A stretch of 64,000 bases of DNA from Truepera sp. (GCA_965218435.1 CBDCKW010000009.1:2272001-2336000); one strand, 5' to 3'. Counted from the stretch's first letter, positions 1 to 10,691 are shown. Made by a program: numbers and translations. The notes: generated by a model not told the origin, from the letters alone.

Positions 1-747
1 CTCTTGCCTAAGTGACAAACTGCTTTGATGATAGCCCAGCGCCGCGTGAACGAGGCCCAAATTATCTAAGGTGAGCGCGTAAGCGTGTCTGTCTTGCAAG
101 CTTTCCAGCAGCTCTAAACTCTGCTGCAGATAACCGAGCGCCGCTTTATAGTCGCCCAACTTGTAGAGGGTCAGCCCGATGTTGTTAAGTGAACGCGCCC
201 GGCCCAACTCGTCTGGCAAGGTCTCGAGTAGCTCCGCCGCCCGCAGATGACAAGACAGCGCGTTGGGGTAGTCGCTCAGGTAAAAGTAGACCGCCCCGAT
301 ATTGTTAAGCGCACTGACCTGGCGTTCTTGGTCACCGAGTTCTTGGCACAGCCCCTGCATCACGTGAAAGTGTTGCAGTCCCAAGATGAGGTCGCCCAAC
401 ATGAGGTGAATCACGCCGAGCGTGTTGTGCGTGCCCTCTAAACCCTGTTTGTCTGCTAAAGCGGTAAACAGCTCGAGCGCCGCTTGTGCGTTCGTCAGGG
501 CCTGGGTGTAGTGAGAGAGACGGTACTGACAAAAGCTCCGGGCACGTAAACTGTAGGCTAACCTGCGGCGGTCCCTAAGGGCGAGCGCCAGGTCGTGAGC
601 TTCTTCACTGAGCAGCAAGCCCCGCCGGTAGTCGGTATATCTGAGCTCCCAAGCAAGCGTGTTAAGCTCGTCAACCTCTGCGCCGATCAAGGCTTTACGG
701 TGCTCAGCCGACCCTCCGTGTCCGCTCGAGCTGTTTGAACCGGCCAT
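1..747 (-). CDS. Tetratricopeptide-repeat protein, N-terminal part (runs off the window start; resembles the TPR N-termini of Deinococcota signalling proteins)
   Basis: Manual translation from ATG at 747: MAGSNSSSGH...VDELNTLAWELRYTDYRRGLLLSEEAHDLA...; repeated TPR-like units such as RARSLNNIGLTLYKLGDYKAALGYLQQSLELL; frame open to position 1. Confidence 0.8.
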   Translation of the reverse strand, partial: MAGSNSSSGHGGSAEHRKALIGAEVDELNTLAWELRYTDYRRGLLLSEEAHDLALALRDRRRLAYSLRARSFCQYRLSHYTQALTNAQAALELFTALADKQGLEGTHNTLGVIHLMLGDLILGLQHFHVMQGLCQELGDQERQVSALNNIGAVYFYLSDYPNALSCHLRAAELLETLPDELGRARSLNNIGLTLYKLGDYKAALGYLQQSLELLESLQDRHAYALTLDNLGLVHAALGYHQSSLSLRQE

Positions 748-1034
748 ACGCCATTATTTAAGATAACGTCTTGCAAAATTACAGCGGCTTACCAAAGCTG
801 CCGAACCGAAGCTGTTAACTAGGTCACTCGGAGAGTCGCCGTTAAGCGCCTGACCTGAGTGCGAAGTTTCAAAGAAGTTTCAACAAAGAAAGCGCGTGAC
901 CTACGCAATCGTTGTTACGGTAGCGGAGCCTAGTTGCGCCTGTTCAAGCTTCATTTTCTCGAGCCCCAACAAGATGAGTAGATATCACCGAGTGTCTTGT
1001 CCAAACCAACTGCGCTTGCCGCCTCAGTGCCGGA

Positions 1035-1637
1035 CTAACGCCTGCCACTTAACAACCGTTCGGCCAGCGGTAACAGCGCCGCCGCCGCAACAAGCTTGAG
1101 CAGGTCGCCCGGAATAAACGGGACCAGGCCCGCGTTTAGCGTCCACGACCAGGGCGACATACCGGCAGGCGCGTACTTCGCCGCAAAAGTTCCTAACCAC
1201 GCCAGCCCCGGCAGATAGATGAGCACGTTACCTAAGAGCATCACCCACGCAGCCCCGGAAAAGGTGCGGGTATGACCGCGCTGCGCCAGGTAACCCACCA
1301 GCGCCGCCGCAAACGGAAAGCTGACGAGGTAGCCCGCCGTCGTGCCAGTAAACTGCGCCCAGCCCGCGCCGCCACCGGAAAAGATGCTGAGGCCGAAACC
1401 CCCGACGAGCAGGTAGGCGAGCAGTGTCAAGCCGCCCAAACTACCGCCGTAGGCTGCGCCGAGCAGCAAGACGCCGAACGTCTGTCCGGTGATGGGAACA
1501 GGGCCGATATTGAACTCGAGCCGTGTCAAGAGCGCCATCACCACGACGCCCAGCGCAATCTGTAAGGGCACACGCAGCGCCGCTGAACGTACCGGAACAA
1601 GCGTGTCAATCAGGGGGCGAGCTAGGGTATTGGTCAT
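1035..1637 (-). CDS. bioY: Biotin transporter BioY
   Basis: PVPITGQTFGVLLLG, TAGYLVSFPFAA and PFIPGDLLK motifs; hydrophobic 200 aa; AAGGAG RBS. Confidence 0.92.
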   Translation of the reverse strand: MTNTLARPLIDTLVPVRSAALRVPLQIALGVVVMALLTRLEFNIGPVPITGQTFGVLLLGAAYGGSLGGLTLLAYLLVGGFGLSIFSGGGAGWAQFTGTTAGYLVSFPFAAALVGYLAQRGHTRTFSGAAWVMLLGNVLIYLPGLAWLGTFAAKYAPAGMSPWSWTLNAGLVPFIPGDLLKLVAAAALLPLAERLLSGRR

Positions 1638-1706
1638 AAAAGTCTCCTTGAAAGTCGCAATAACGCCGTCAGTATAGCAACCTGTTTACTCAAAAATAGC
1701 TTGGTG

Positions 1707-2669
1707 CTAGTGACACACACCGCGCCCAGCGTCTTGAAAGGTACTGCCGGGAACTGCCTCAAACTGCCAACTGTAACTATCCGGTGCCAGCGTCAGAAAG
1801 AGCACCCCGAAATCTTTGGTGGTGATGGTTTGGCGGTTGGGGGCCGGAAGGAGCGCCGGGTAGTGGCTGGCACCGCCGGTCCCGACGACGAACTCACGAA
1901 TCCCCGATGGGCTCGGCTGTGCGTCGTTGGTCTGCGGCCCTAACCGTTCGTAGAGGTGGTCATGGGCGTTTAAGACGATTTCAGCACCGGCGTCTTCCAA
2001 TATCCCCCAGAGGTCACCGAGTTCCGGGTGCGAACCGTGTGGCCCGGAGCTAAAACGCGCCGCGTGCCAAAACGCCAGCGTGCAGCGCACCGGATGGTTC
2101 CACAGGTCTTCTTTGAGCCACCGCCCCTGCGGAGAACGCTTGCCGCACCCGCCAACTGCGTCACAGTTTGAATTGAGCGCCACAAGATGCCACGCGCCGA
2201 GGTCGAAGCTGTAGTAACCCTTTTGGGGATCGCCCGCCTGGTCACCAAAATAAGCGAAGTACCCCGCCGCGCCCGCCGTGTAGTATTCGTGGTTGCCCGG
2301 GACCGGATAGGTGATGGCCTTAAAGCGGCCCCAAGTTGCGTCATACGACGTGTTGAAATCTTGCGACGTACCTTTCGGATATTGCAGGTCGCCCAAAGCC
2401 AGCACCGCATCAACTTTTGCCGCTCCGATCAGCTCGGCAGTGGCGGCCATCTGACAATAGGTCGGTACCACCGGGTCGGCGGCAGGACAAGCGATGTCCC
2501 CGGCAGCAGCGACGGTGACGGTGGCAGTAGATATTGGCGTAGAGGCGGCCCAGCTCCAGCAGCCCCAGCAGCAAAGTAACGCCGTAAAAATCCTTATCTC
2601 CGGAGAGCTTCTTTTAACGTTCATGCTTACCCTTTTCTCGTTGGTAACTGGAGCAGTGTGACACCACAT
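1707..2669 (-). CDS. Secreted calcineurin-like metallophosphoesterase (true start probably near 2624)
   Basis: AAGDIA, LGDLQY, PGNHEY, AFWH and NAHDHLYER metal-binding motifs; signal-peptide-like N-terminus. Confidence 0.85.
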   Translation of the reverse strand: MWCHTAPVTNEKRVSMNVKRSSPEIRIFTALLCCWGCWSWAASTPISTATVTVAAAGDIACPAADPVVPTYCQMAATAELIGAAKVDAVLALGDLQYPKGTSQDFNTSYDATWGRFKAITYPVPGNHEYYTAGAAGYFAYFGDQAGDPQKGYYSFDLGAWHLVALNSNCDAVGGCGKRSPQGRWLKEDLWNHPVRCTLAFWHAARFSSGPHGSHPELGDLWGILEDAGAEIVLNAHDHLYERLGPQTNDAQPSPSGIREFVVGTGGASHYPALLPAPNRQTITTKDFGVLFLTLAPDSYSWQFEAVPGSTFQDAGRGVCH

Positions 2670-2796
2670 ATTTGCAAACGTAGTCGAGCAGTCAAAACGT
2701 CTCTCAGCTTAGCGCCCCGGCCCTCCTCAAAGATGAGGTCAGGCGCTCGAGCTGAGGCTTAGAGCCGTTTTTATACCGTTCTTTATACTGTCCCCT

Positions 2797-3267
2797 ATGG
2801 CTGAACGCATTTCTGAGTGGATTACCACCTTTGATACCGTATTTCCCAATCAGGTCAACCCGCTCGGCACGCTGTTTGGCGGGCGCGTCTTGGAGCTGAT
2901 GGACGTGAACGCTTCGATCGCTTGCTGGCGTTTCTCTCGGTTGCCCGCCGTGACTGCCTCGACCGAACCGGTGGACTTTCGCGCACCCATCTACGTCGGT
3001 GAAATTATCGAGCTTAAAAGCCGGGTCGCTTTTGCCGGACGCACCAGCATGATTGTCCGCTGTGAAGTTTACGGCGAAAATCCCGGTAGCGGCGAAAGGC
3101 GGCTTTGCACCGTCGGACACATGAACTTCGTCGCGTTAGGTCCTGACATGAAACCGACCGAAGTTCCGGCGCTGCGGGTAGAGAGCGACTTAGAGCGTCA
3201 ACACTTTGAGGTCGCTAAAAAGGTCAAAGAGGGCATCGCCGCCCGCCGCGCTCAGCCGCTCATATAG
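2797..3267 (+). CDS. Acyl-CoA thioesterase (hotdog fold, YciA type)
   Basis: NPLGTLFGGRVLELMD, VTAS..VDFRAPI, GRTSM motifs. Confidence 0.9.
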   Translation: MAERISEWITTFDTVFPNQVNPLGTLFGGRVLELMDVNASIACWRFSRLPAVTASTEPVDFRAPIYVGEIIELKSRVAFAGRTSMIVRCEVYGENPGSGERRLCTVGHMNFVALGPDMKPTEVPALRVESDLERQHFEVAKKVKEGIAARRAQPLI

Positions 3268-3370
3268 AACTCCGTACCCAGACGGTAGGACTTCACCCAG
3301 ACCCCCGGTCTGCCAGCTTCTAAAATAGCCGCGCGGCTCTGTTATGCTGCGTGAGATATAGGAGGAGAAG

Positions 3371-5350
3371 ATGACACAGACGCAAACCCGCCAATCCCTC
3401 GAGCAACGCTCAATTAACGCGATTCGCGCCCTAACGATTGACGCGCTGGGAGCGGCCGGGAGCGGCCACCCTGGAATGCCGCTGGGCGCGGCTCCAGTGG
3501 GGTACACGCTCTATACCAAATTTATGAAGTTTAATCCGGCTAACGACCGCTGGGTTGACCGCGACCGCTACATCCAGTCCGCCGGTCACGGCTCAATGCT
3601 GCAGTACAGCCTCGCGCACTTAGTCGGGTACGACCTGCCGATGGAGGAACTCAAACGCTACCGGCAGTGGAAGAGCAAAACGCCCGGTCACCCCGAACAT
3701 TTCATGACGCCCGGCGTCGAGATCACCACCGGGCCGCTCGGTCAGGGCATCAGTACCGCCGTCGGGATTGCGTTAGGTGAGGCGCACTTAGCCGCAGTCT
3801 ATAACCGCCCCGATTTTGAGATTGTGGACCACTACACCTATGTGATTGCCGGGGACGGCGACCTGATGGAAGGGGTCTCGAGCGAAGCCTCGTCCCTGGC
3901 CGGAGAGTGGGGCTTAGGCAAACTGATCGTGTTATATGATGACAACAACGTCACGATTGATACTAAGACCACCGCGACCTTTACCGAAGACGTGTTGGAG
4001 CGTTACGACGCCTATCATTGGCACACCCAGATGGTCGAAGACGGCAACGACGTCGAAGCGATCACCCGGGCGATTGAAACGGCCAAGGGCGTGACCGATA
4101 AACCCAGCTTGATCGCAGTGCGCAGCATTATCGGCTACGGCTCGAAGGTTGAAGGGACGCCCAAGGCGCACGGCTCGATGCCCGACCCCGAAGAGACCAA
4201 GAAAAACTTGGGCATTGATTGGCCGGCGTTTACGGTGCCCGATGACGTCTTGGCGCATTACCGCGAAGCGACCGAGCGCGGTAAAAAAGCTGAACAGCAA
4301 TGGCAAGAAAAGTTTGATGCCTACGAGCGGGAGTTTCCAGACCTGGCCAAGCAGTTTGAAACCGTACAAAAAGGTGAAGCTGAGGATGACCTCGAGGCCC
4401 TACTCCCGACCTATGAGGTCGGCGGCAAAGCGGCGACTCGGGCCACCTCGGGCGAAGTCTTAAACGTGTTGGCCAAGCACTTTCCGCAGCTGATCGGCGG
4501 CTCGGCGGACCTTGCCGGCTCGAACAACACGACTTTAGAAGACAGCCCGTTTATCGCCAAGGGCGACTACACGGGCCGCAACATCCACTTCGGCGTCCGG
4601 GAACACGGGATGGCCGCGATTACCAACGGTTTGTCACTTCACGGCGGGATGAAGCCCTACGCTGGCACCTTTTTAATCTTTTCAGACTACCTGCGCCCCG
4701 CGCTGCGCCTCGGCGCACTGATGGATCAGCCGGTGGTCTGGGTGTTTACCCACGACAGCATCGGTTTAGGCGGCGACGGCCCCACGCACCAACCGGTCGC
4801 GTCACTCACCGCGCTGCGCGCGATTCCTCAGCTCAAGGTCATCCGCCCCGCCGACGCGAACGAAACCGCGCAAGCTTGGGCCTACGCCATGACCAGCAAA
4901 GACCCGGTAGCTTTCGCGCTTTCGCGCCAGGACTTGCCGCATCTGAGTGTTCCCAAAGGCAGCGTCAAACGCGGCGCGTATATCCACGCCGATTCGGACG
5001 GGACGCCTGAGCTGATCTTGATCGGGACGGGTTCGGAGGTGTCTTTATGCCTCGAGGCTCAAAAAGAACTGACGCAAGGCGGCGCGAAGGTGCGCGTGGT
5101 CAGTATGCCCTCGCAAGAACTCTTTGACGAACAAGACGAGGCGTACCGCGAGTCGGTCTTACCCAACAGTGTGCGGGCGCGGGTCGCGGTCGAAGCGGGC
5201 GCGTCGCTCGGCTGGTTTAAGTACGTCGGACTCGACGGCCTGACCGTCTGCTTAGACCGTTTCGGCGAGTCCGCCGACGGCGACGTGGTGATGGACAAGC
5301 TCGGCTTTAACGTGCAAAACGTGGTTGAAACGGCGAGAAAGCTGCTCTAG
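3371..5350 (+). CDS. tkt: Transketolase
   Basis: SGHPGMPLG, TTGPLGQG, GDGDLMEG, FGVREHGM, THDSIGLGGDGPTHQP; GGAGGAG RBS. Confidence 0.98.
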   Translation: MTQTQTRQSLEQRSINAIRALTIDALGAAGSGHPGMPLGAAPVGYTLYTKFMKFNPANDRWVDRDRYIQSAGHGSMLQYSLAHLVGYDLPMEELKRYRQWKSKTPGHPEHFMTPGVEITTGPLGQGISTAVGIALGEAHLAAVYNRPDFEIVDHYTYVIAGDGDLMEGVSSEASSLAGEWGLGKLIVLYDDNNVTIDTKTTATFTEDVLERYDAYHWHTQMVEDGNDVEAITRAIETAKGVTDKPSLIAVRSIIGYGSKVEGTPKAHGSMPDPEETKKNLGIDWPAFTVPDDVLAHYREATERGKKAEQQWQEKFDAYEREFPDLAKQFETVQKGEAEDDLEALLPTYEVGGKAATRATSGEVLNVLAKHFPQLIGGSADLAGSNNTTLEDSPFIAKGDYTGRNIHFGVREHGMAAITNGLSLHGGMKPYAGTFLIFSDYLRPALRLGALMDQPVVWVFTHDSIGLGGDGPTHQPVASLTALRAIPQLKVIRPADANETAQAWAYAMTSKDPVAFALSRQDLPHLSVPKGSVKRGAYIHADSDGTPELILIGTGSEVSLCLEAQKELTQGGAKVRVVSMPSQELFDEQDEAYRESVLPNSVRARVAVEAGASLGWFKYVGLDGLTVCLDRFGESADGDVVMDKLGFNVQNVVETARKLL

Positions 5351-5374
5351 CGGTCTTGTGTCTTATTAACTTCG

Positions 5375-5406
5375 TAGGCCGGTCACTAGTGACCGGCCTA
5401 TTTTTT
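5375..5406 (+). terminator. Intrinsic terminator after tkt
   Basis: Perfect 26-bp palindrome TAGGCCGGTCACTAGTGACCGGCCTA followed by a T6 run. Confidence 0.85.
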
Positions 5407-5874
5407 AGGTGCTTTGACCGTACCGCAGCGTGGAGCGTTCTCCTAGCACCCGAGTACATCCGTGCGCGTCGGGAAAACTCGAGCAAAGCAAGTTGCGCTG
5501 CGTAACCGTCAGAAGTCAGCTACGACAGCAGTTTAAGTAAAGCCCTACCGGGCACGCACCGCTAAGCTGCGACGGCAACAGTACCGCCAACAGCGCCACC
5601 AACAGTGCCGCCGTACCAATTCGGCGAAGTCTCATCTGATGCGGCGGCGTACCGTTTAGGCACTTGGCCGCCGCCCTGTGCGCCGTTCAGGTTGAAGCCG
5701 TTGACGCTGAACCCGCGCTCATAAGCACCGTTTAGCGGGTATACCCTGGGGCAGTGCGAAGCCGCCCGCAGGACATGTCAGCTGGTCGGCAATGGTCTCG
5801 GTCTAAGCTTTCTCGGCCAGCACGCACATTTTGAGATGATGCTGGCAGCAAGCTTTGCTTAGCAGTGCTAGAAG

Positions 5875-5906
5875 AAACCCTTTTTGGCTAAAGCCAAAAA
5901 GGGTTT
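5875..5906. terminator. Inverted-repeat terminator downstream of the acyltransferase gene
   Basis: AAACCCTTTTTGGCT-AA-AGCCAAAAAGGGTTT. Confidence 0.7.
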
Positions 5907-5972
5907 GACCGAGCTAGGCGAGTAAGATAGGATGCTCTCGGTCTAAGAGATCATGTTTGAGATAGGTTCTAG

Positions 5973-7133
5973 TTAAAAACCAACGGGTTTCCGCCCTGGA
6001 ATAGGGTTTTCGCCCTTGACCGGCTCCGCCTTTTTAGTCGGCAAGCTCAAGCCCATCAGCGGTCTTTCGATATAGGTGTATAACCCAACCGAAAGGATAA
6101 AGGTCAGCACAAGGGCCAAGAGTCCTCCTGTATGATCCCAAATAAAACCGGAGAAGGGAAGCTTTCTAACGACGCGCAGGGTGGGCAGATGGGTCAGATA
6201 AAAGCTAAAACTCACCACGCCGATAAGCCGTAAGGGAGCCCAGCATAACACTCGCTTCAGCCAGCCAGTGCCGTGAAGGTGGGTAACGATAATAACGCTC
6301 CAGAGCACACCAAACAGGGTATGCAGGTCGTGAAACCTGTTATACCTAAACGGCTGACCGCTCCACGCGCTAAAGATGCTTGGTGTGAGCACGATAACGA
6401 GAGCAGCGCAGGCGAGGGAAACAACCTCGAGCCCGAGACGAACCGCTTTAGAAAGCTCGAGTTGCAAAAGTCGGTAGTGAACGAGAGCGGCAAATGAACC
6501 TGAAAGGAAGATCGGCAGGTAAAAACCCAAATTGGTAGAATTGGGCGGGGCGTCGAGCGGATTCCAGACGATGCGGGACATACCTATCAAGCCGAGGGTA
6601 ACTACCCCGACGATCACCAGGTTACGGCGCAATACGAAAGAACAGAGCAAAACGAGAACCGGCAACACGGCGTAGTAGGTTACTTCAACAGGAATACTCC
6701 ACAAAACGCCCTCCCCTTTTCGCAACATGAGGTGCTGCCAAAAATCGTGTACAGAGATGTTAAAGGGCAGAGGAATGCCGACACTCGTAAGCACCACACT
6801 GGCCACCAGGAAGATGAGAAAAAGCGGGAAGATACGGGTAAATCTCCGGAATGCGTAATTCGTCCAAGTCTGCGCCGTCAACTCGTGAACCGAACGTTTG
6901 TAAAAAGGAACGGTCAGTAAAAACGCGCTGAGCGTAAAAAACAGGTAGACACCAAATTTACCCAGCCCCGCAAAATTAAAGGGAATAAGCACCTTCATAT
7001 GCATGTGGCTCATATGACTTAGGGCAACACATAAGACGGCGATCCCGCGAAGGCCGTCAAGCGAATTCATAAGCTGACCACTGCTGACTTTTTTGGCGGA
7101 TAGGGGTGCGCGAAACCAACGTAGAAGGAACAT
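5973..7133 (-). CDS. Acyltransferase-3 family membrane O-acyltransferase (OafA-like)
   Basis: SLDGLRGIAVLCVALSH, GVYLFFTLSAFL, RRFTRIFP, WSIPVEVTYY, SFSFYLTH, YTYIERP; start at 7133 has a TAGATT -10 7 nt upstream. Confidence 0.9.
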   Translation of the reverse strand: MFLLRWFRAPLSAKKVSSGQLMNSLDGLRGIAVLCVALSHMSHMHMKVLIPFNFAGLGKFGVYLFFTLSAFLLTVPFYKRSVHELTAQTWTNYAFRRFTRIFPLFLIFLVASVVLTSVGIPLPFNISVHDFWQHLMLRKGEGVLWSIPVEVTYYAVLPVLVLLCSFVLRRNLVIVGVVTLGLIGMSRIVWNPLDAPPNSTNLGFYLPIFLSGSFAALVHYRLLQLELSKAVRLGLEVVSLACAALVIVLTPSIFSAWSGQPFRYNRFHDLHTLFGVLWSVIIVTHLHGTGWLKRVLCWAPLRLIGVVSFSFYLTHLPTLRVVRKLPFSGFIWDHTGGLLALVLTFILSVGLYTYIERPLMGLSLPTKKAEPVKGENPIPGRKPVGF

Positions 7134-7489
7134 AGCTAAGAATCTAAGCGCGGCAGTTGCGGTGTCATTACGGCAAGGTTGCGGCAAGGTTGCGTTGTGG
7201 GCGCGGCAAGCGCCTTAGACACGCCTGGGACACCATGGTTTCTATCACCGGTGAGCTGACGCAGACACACCCCGGTGGCCTGGGTCCGCTTGGAACACAC
7301 GTGCTGAACGCTGCTTTACTCGCTTACTTAAACAGACTTGAACCCCACGCCACTCGCCGAAGCGTAACTTAACCGAATATTTTTGTAAGGGCTTTACAGT
7401 TACCTAGCTCTCGCAGGGGCATAACCGGAGGAGATTTCTCAGGCATGACCCCTGTACACTAACAGCAGATGCCAAATCCGGGAGGCTGT

Positions 7490-9265
7490 ATGTTTTACAA
7501 GTTTTTTTGTAAGTTTATCGTACCGACGCTGCTCCTAACCTTGGGCGGACTTGCCGCCGCACAAGACCTTACTAAGCTGCTCCCTGAAGAGACCTTTTTA
7601 GCTTTAGGGATGCAAGACCTCGAGGGCGCGTCAACCAAGTTAGAAGACTTTAGCGCCGAGTTCAAGCGGCTCGATGTGCTGGGCGCATTGACGGCGCTGG
7701 CCGAGAGTAGTGGCCCAAGCAGCGCGTCCGGCGGCGCAGCATCAGGTGGCATGATGTCGGGCGGGGCGATGGCTGCTGCGCAGAACCTAAGCTCAGACGA
7801 AAAGCAAGCCCTCGAGGACTTGACCAGCCTCGACGTGCTCGGGCAAGAGGCGTGGATTGCACTTTCGGCTTCGCCCTACAGCCCACTTCCGGCCCTGACG
7901 TTAGTCACCCGCGTCACCCCCGCCGGAGCCAAAAAAGTCCAGGCCCTGTTAGCTAAAGCGGACACTCAAGGGGTTCAAACGCTCGAAGAGAGTGGCGCGA
8001 CGTTCTATCAGCTCGAGCTTAAAGGCGTCGAACCGCTGCAAGTTCTCGCCTATACCCTGACCGACGATCTGCTCGCGCTCTCGACCAATCCCGATGAGCT
8101 GCGCGGCGTCTTGCGCCGCTATGAAGGCGCAGACGAACCCAACTTTGAAACGGGCAAGCCTTACCAGAGCACCCTCGGCACACTCCGTCAGGGCACCTTT
8201 TACAGCTTTCTCGACTACGCCCGTATCGCTGAGGTGGCCGCGCCCTACGCGCAAAACTTCGGCTTTGATCCGTTAGTTAAACGCCTCAGCCAAGCGTTGA
8301 CGACCGCCGGAGCCGCGGGCGGCGTCGTGACGCTGACCAATGACGGTTTGCTCAGCGAAGGCTTCCAAGCTACGAACCGTGACGGCGGCGACGCGTCACT
8401 ATACGCACTTCTAAACGCAGACACCCCCGCCGCAACTGACGTCACGGTTCCGACCGAGGCGCTCAGCTTTTCGGCGACTGCGTTTAACTTCAGCGGTTGG
8501 TACGACTACTTAAACGAACTCGCGCACTCCGTGCCCGAACTCGGCGGCGACCTCGACAGCCTCGTCTTATCATTTACCGGCCTCAACTTGCGTGAAAGCG
8601 TCTTTAGCTGGACGGGTGACCAACTCGTCACGGCGACAACCGGCCTCAGCGCCCCGGCCCAACCAGGGGTTCCGAGTGACAACCTGTTAGGTGAAGGGGT
8701 CTACCTGATCAAAACGAAAAATGCGGCGGCGGCAGAGCGTGGGCTCGGCGAGTTGCTACAGAGTATCAGCCAAATGACCAGCAATTTAAGCAGTGCTCAA
8801 GGAAGTGGGGGGCAGCCGCAGCGGAGCCAAGCAACCCTTGCAGGGGCGAACGTCACCCGCTTCGACCTCTCCCCCGGCGCGACGCTCTTTTACACCGTTC
8901 AAAATGGGTACGCTCTGATCGGAACGAGTGAAAAAGCGATGACGGCGGCCCTTAGTGCCCAAACCGGCGAGGGGCAAACCGGCCTCTTTTCGGCTGTCCC
9001 CAAGGGCGCGACGGGTTACGCCTACGCGGACGACCGGGCGACCTACCAAAACCTTGCTCAGACGCTTAGCTCACAGATTCAAACTGCTGCGGGAATGGGC
9101 GGCGGCGCGAACTTAGACTTTGCCGCCGTTGAAAAGGCCAGTAGCGTCGCCGAGAAGTTTTTATCGTTTGTCGCTACGCGCCTGAGCGACAGCACGTCGT
9201 ATACCGAACGTGCGGACGGCGGTATCCAAAGTCACGCGGAAACGGCGGTCAGCTGGCAAGAGTAA
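7490..9265 (+). CDS. Secreted/periplasmic hypothetical protein (DUF3352-like)
   Basis: About 590 aa ORF with GGAGG RBS, signal peptide ending AAA-Q, and LLPEETFLAL start typical of this family; family call tentative. Confidence 0.6.
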   Translation: MFYKFFCKFIVPTLLLTLGGLAAAQDLTKLLPEETFLALGMQDLEGASTKLEDFSAEFKRLDVLGALTALAESSGPSSASGGAASGGMMSGGAMAAAQNLSSDEKQALEDLTSLDVLGQEAWIALSASPYSPLPALTLVTRVTPAGAKKVQALLAKADTQGVQTLEESGATFYQLELKGVEPLQVLAYTLTDDLLALSTNPDELRGVLRRYEGADEPNFETGKPYQSTLGTLRQGTFYSFLDYARIAEVAAPYAQNFGFDPLVKRLSQALTTAGAAGGVVTLTNDGLLSEGFQATNRDGGDASLYALLNADTPAATDVTVPTEALSFSATAFNFSGWYDYLNELAHSVPELGGDLDSLVLSFTGLNLRESVFSWTGDQLVTATTGLSAPAQPGVPSDNLLGEGVYLIKTKNAAAAERGLGELLQSISQMTSNLSSAQGSGGQPQRSQATLAGANVTRFDLSPGATLFYTVQNGYALIGTSEKAMTAALSAQTGEGQTGLFSAVPKGATGYAYADDRATYQNLAQTLSSQIQTAAGMGGGANLDFAAVEKASSVAEKFLSFVATRLSDSTSYTERADGGIQSHAETAVSWQE

Positions 9266-9385
9266 GGCGGTTACAGCGGGCTATAAAGAAGTCGGCAGAT
9301 AGAGTTCAGTGGTCGGTAGCCTGGTCAAATTGGCGTCTCTCACGCACTTGGGACATGGGAACAGAAGCGAACGTCAAGACGACTG

Positions 9386-9416
9386 GAAGGGGACTCGAGC
9401 TCGAGTTCCCCTTTTT
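9386..9416. terminator. Terminator between convergent genes; stem contains tandem CTCGAGCTCGAG
   Basis: AAGGGGA-CTCGAGCTCGAG-T-TCCCCTT followed by a T run. Confidence 0.7.
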
Positions 9417-9431
9417 ATGTAAATTCAGACG

Positions 9432-10031
9432 CTAGAGTCGCCAGTACGCGCCCCCGCCGCCCTCACGGGCCATCAGGCCGTGCTCGACCAGACTGCGGCG
9501 AAGCCGTGCTGTATCGGCGCTAAAGCGCCTCAGCCGTTCGTTGACCTCACGTTCGGGGTAACGGACGCCGGGTTCAAACGCGCTGAGGACGTGCCGGAGC
9601 AGGACTAGATATTTTTTCTGCTGGACCGGAAACGCGGTGATGGCCCCGGTTTCGTCGGTAAAGGTCCCTAAAACTTTATGGTCGAAGGCGGACAGGTCAA
9701 CCGACTCAGCGAGGTCACCGAGGCCGTTTTCACCGAGAAGCAGCTTAGCCTGCTCTTGCAACTTATCTATCCGGAGCGAATAGACGCTGTAATAGCCCTC
9801 AGCTTTCGCCTCGACGAGGCCGACCTTAGCAAGTTTGCGTAGGTGATGCGACACGGTGGGGCTGCCAACGTCTAACAGGGCGGCCAACTGCTCGACGGTG
9901 TAAGGTTGCTGCGCGAGGAGTCCCACGATTTTGAGGCGGTTGGGGTCGGCGAGAGCTTTGAAAAAGGCGACGAGGGTCGCGGTGTGAACGGCGGCTGGCG
10001 TCTCGAGCTCATTTTCTATTTCGTTAGTCAT
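9432..10031 (-). CDS. ArsR/SmtB-family regulator fused to DUF2087
   Basis: FFKALADPNRLKIVGLL..TVSHHLRKL HTH; C-terminal YPEREVNERLRRFSADTARLRRSLVEHGLMARE..YW; TTGACA upstream of the start. Confidence 0.85.
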   Translation of the reverse strand: MTNEIENELETPAAVHTATLVAFFKALADPNRLKIVGLLAQQPYTVEQLAALLDVGSPTVSHHLRKLAKVGLVEAKAEGYYSVYSLRIDKLQEQAKLLLGENGLGDLAESVDLSAFDHKVLGTFTDETGAITAFPVQQKKYLVLLRHVLSAFEPGVRYPEREVNERLRRFSADTARLRRSLVEHGLMAREGGGGAYWRL

Positions 10032-10062
10032 AGATTTAGTTTTACAATTATCGAATAGCTTG

Positions 10063-10671
10063 TCAAGTTTTAGCACCCAAGAGCGCCCGCCATACCCTTG
10101 CAACCTGCTCGCTCAGCTCAGCAGGTTCGCCGCTGTTGTCAATGACAAAATCAGCACGTTTAACCTTCTCTTCTAGGGGTAGTTGGGCGGCGTCCCTGGC
10201 ATGAACTTCATCGGGGCTCAGGCCGCTGCGGACGGTAACTCGGGCCACGCGTACCGCCAAAGGCGCGTCAACGACCACGGTGTTGTCCATCTCAGCGTCT
10301 AACCCCACCTCAAAAAGTAGCGGGACGTCGTGAAAGATGACCACGGGAGGCGAGCTTCGAGAGGCGAAAGCGGCAACTTGGGCCTCGCGTTGACGCGCTA
10401 CCCACGGATGGATAATCGCGTTAAGTTTCGCTCTCGCCTCCGGCGCATTGAAGACCACCTCGGCAAGTCCGGCGCGGTCTAACTCGCCCGCTTTGATGAG
10501 CCCGTCACCAAACGTCTCAGCGATTTCTCTCAGCACATCCGGGTCCAGGGTCGCGGCGCGGGCGAGCGCGTCGGCGTCAACCACAGCGGCCCCACGCGCC
10601 GCAAAAAGCTCGGCCACCGTAGATTTTCCCGACCCGATATTGCCGGTCAGCCCGACGTTTAAGGGCGGCAT
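10063..10671 (-). CDS. coaE: Dephospho-CoA kinase
   Basis: VGLTGNIGSGKSTVA, DADALAR, LNAIIHP, DVPLLFE, ADFVIDNSG. Confidence 0.96.
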   Translation of the reverse strand: MPPLNVGLTGNIGSGKSTVAELFAARGAAVVDADALARAATLDPDVLREIAETFGDGLIKAGELDRAGLAEVVFNAPEARAKLNAIIHPWVARQREAQVAAFASRSSPPVVIFHDVPLLFEVGLDAEMDNTVVVDAPLAVRVARVTVRSGLSPDEVHARDAAQLPLEEKVKRADFVIDNSGEPAELSEQVARVWRALLGAKT

Positions 10672-10691
10672 AGCCTCATATACTTCTTTTC

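Noticed and set aside
7413..7455. CCGGAGGAG...TTTCTCAGGCA as a glycine riboswitch
   Set aside because: Only two short motifs match. The P1-P3 architecture and GGAGA element are missing, and the downstream gene is unrelated.
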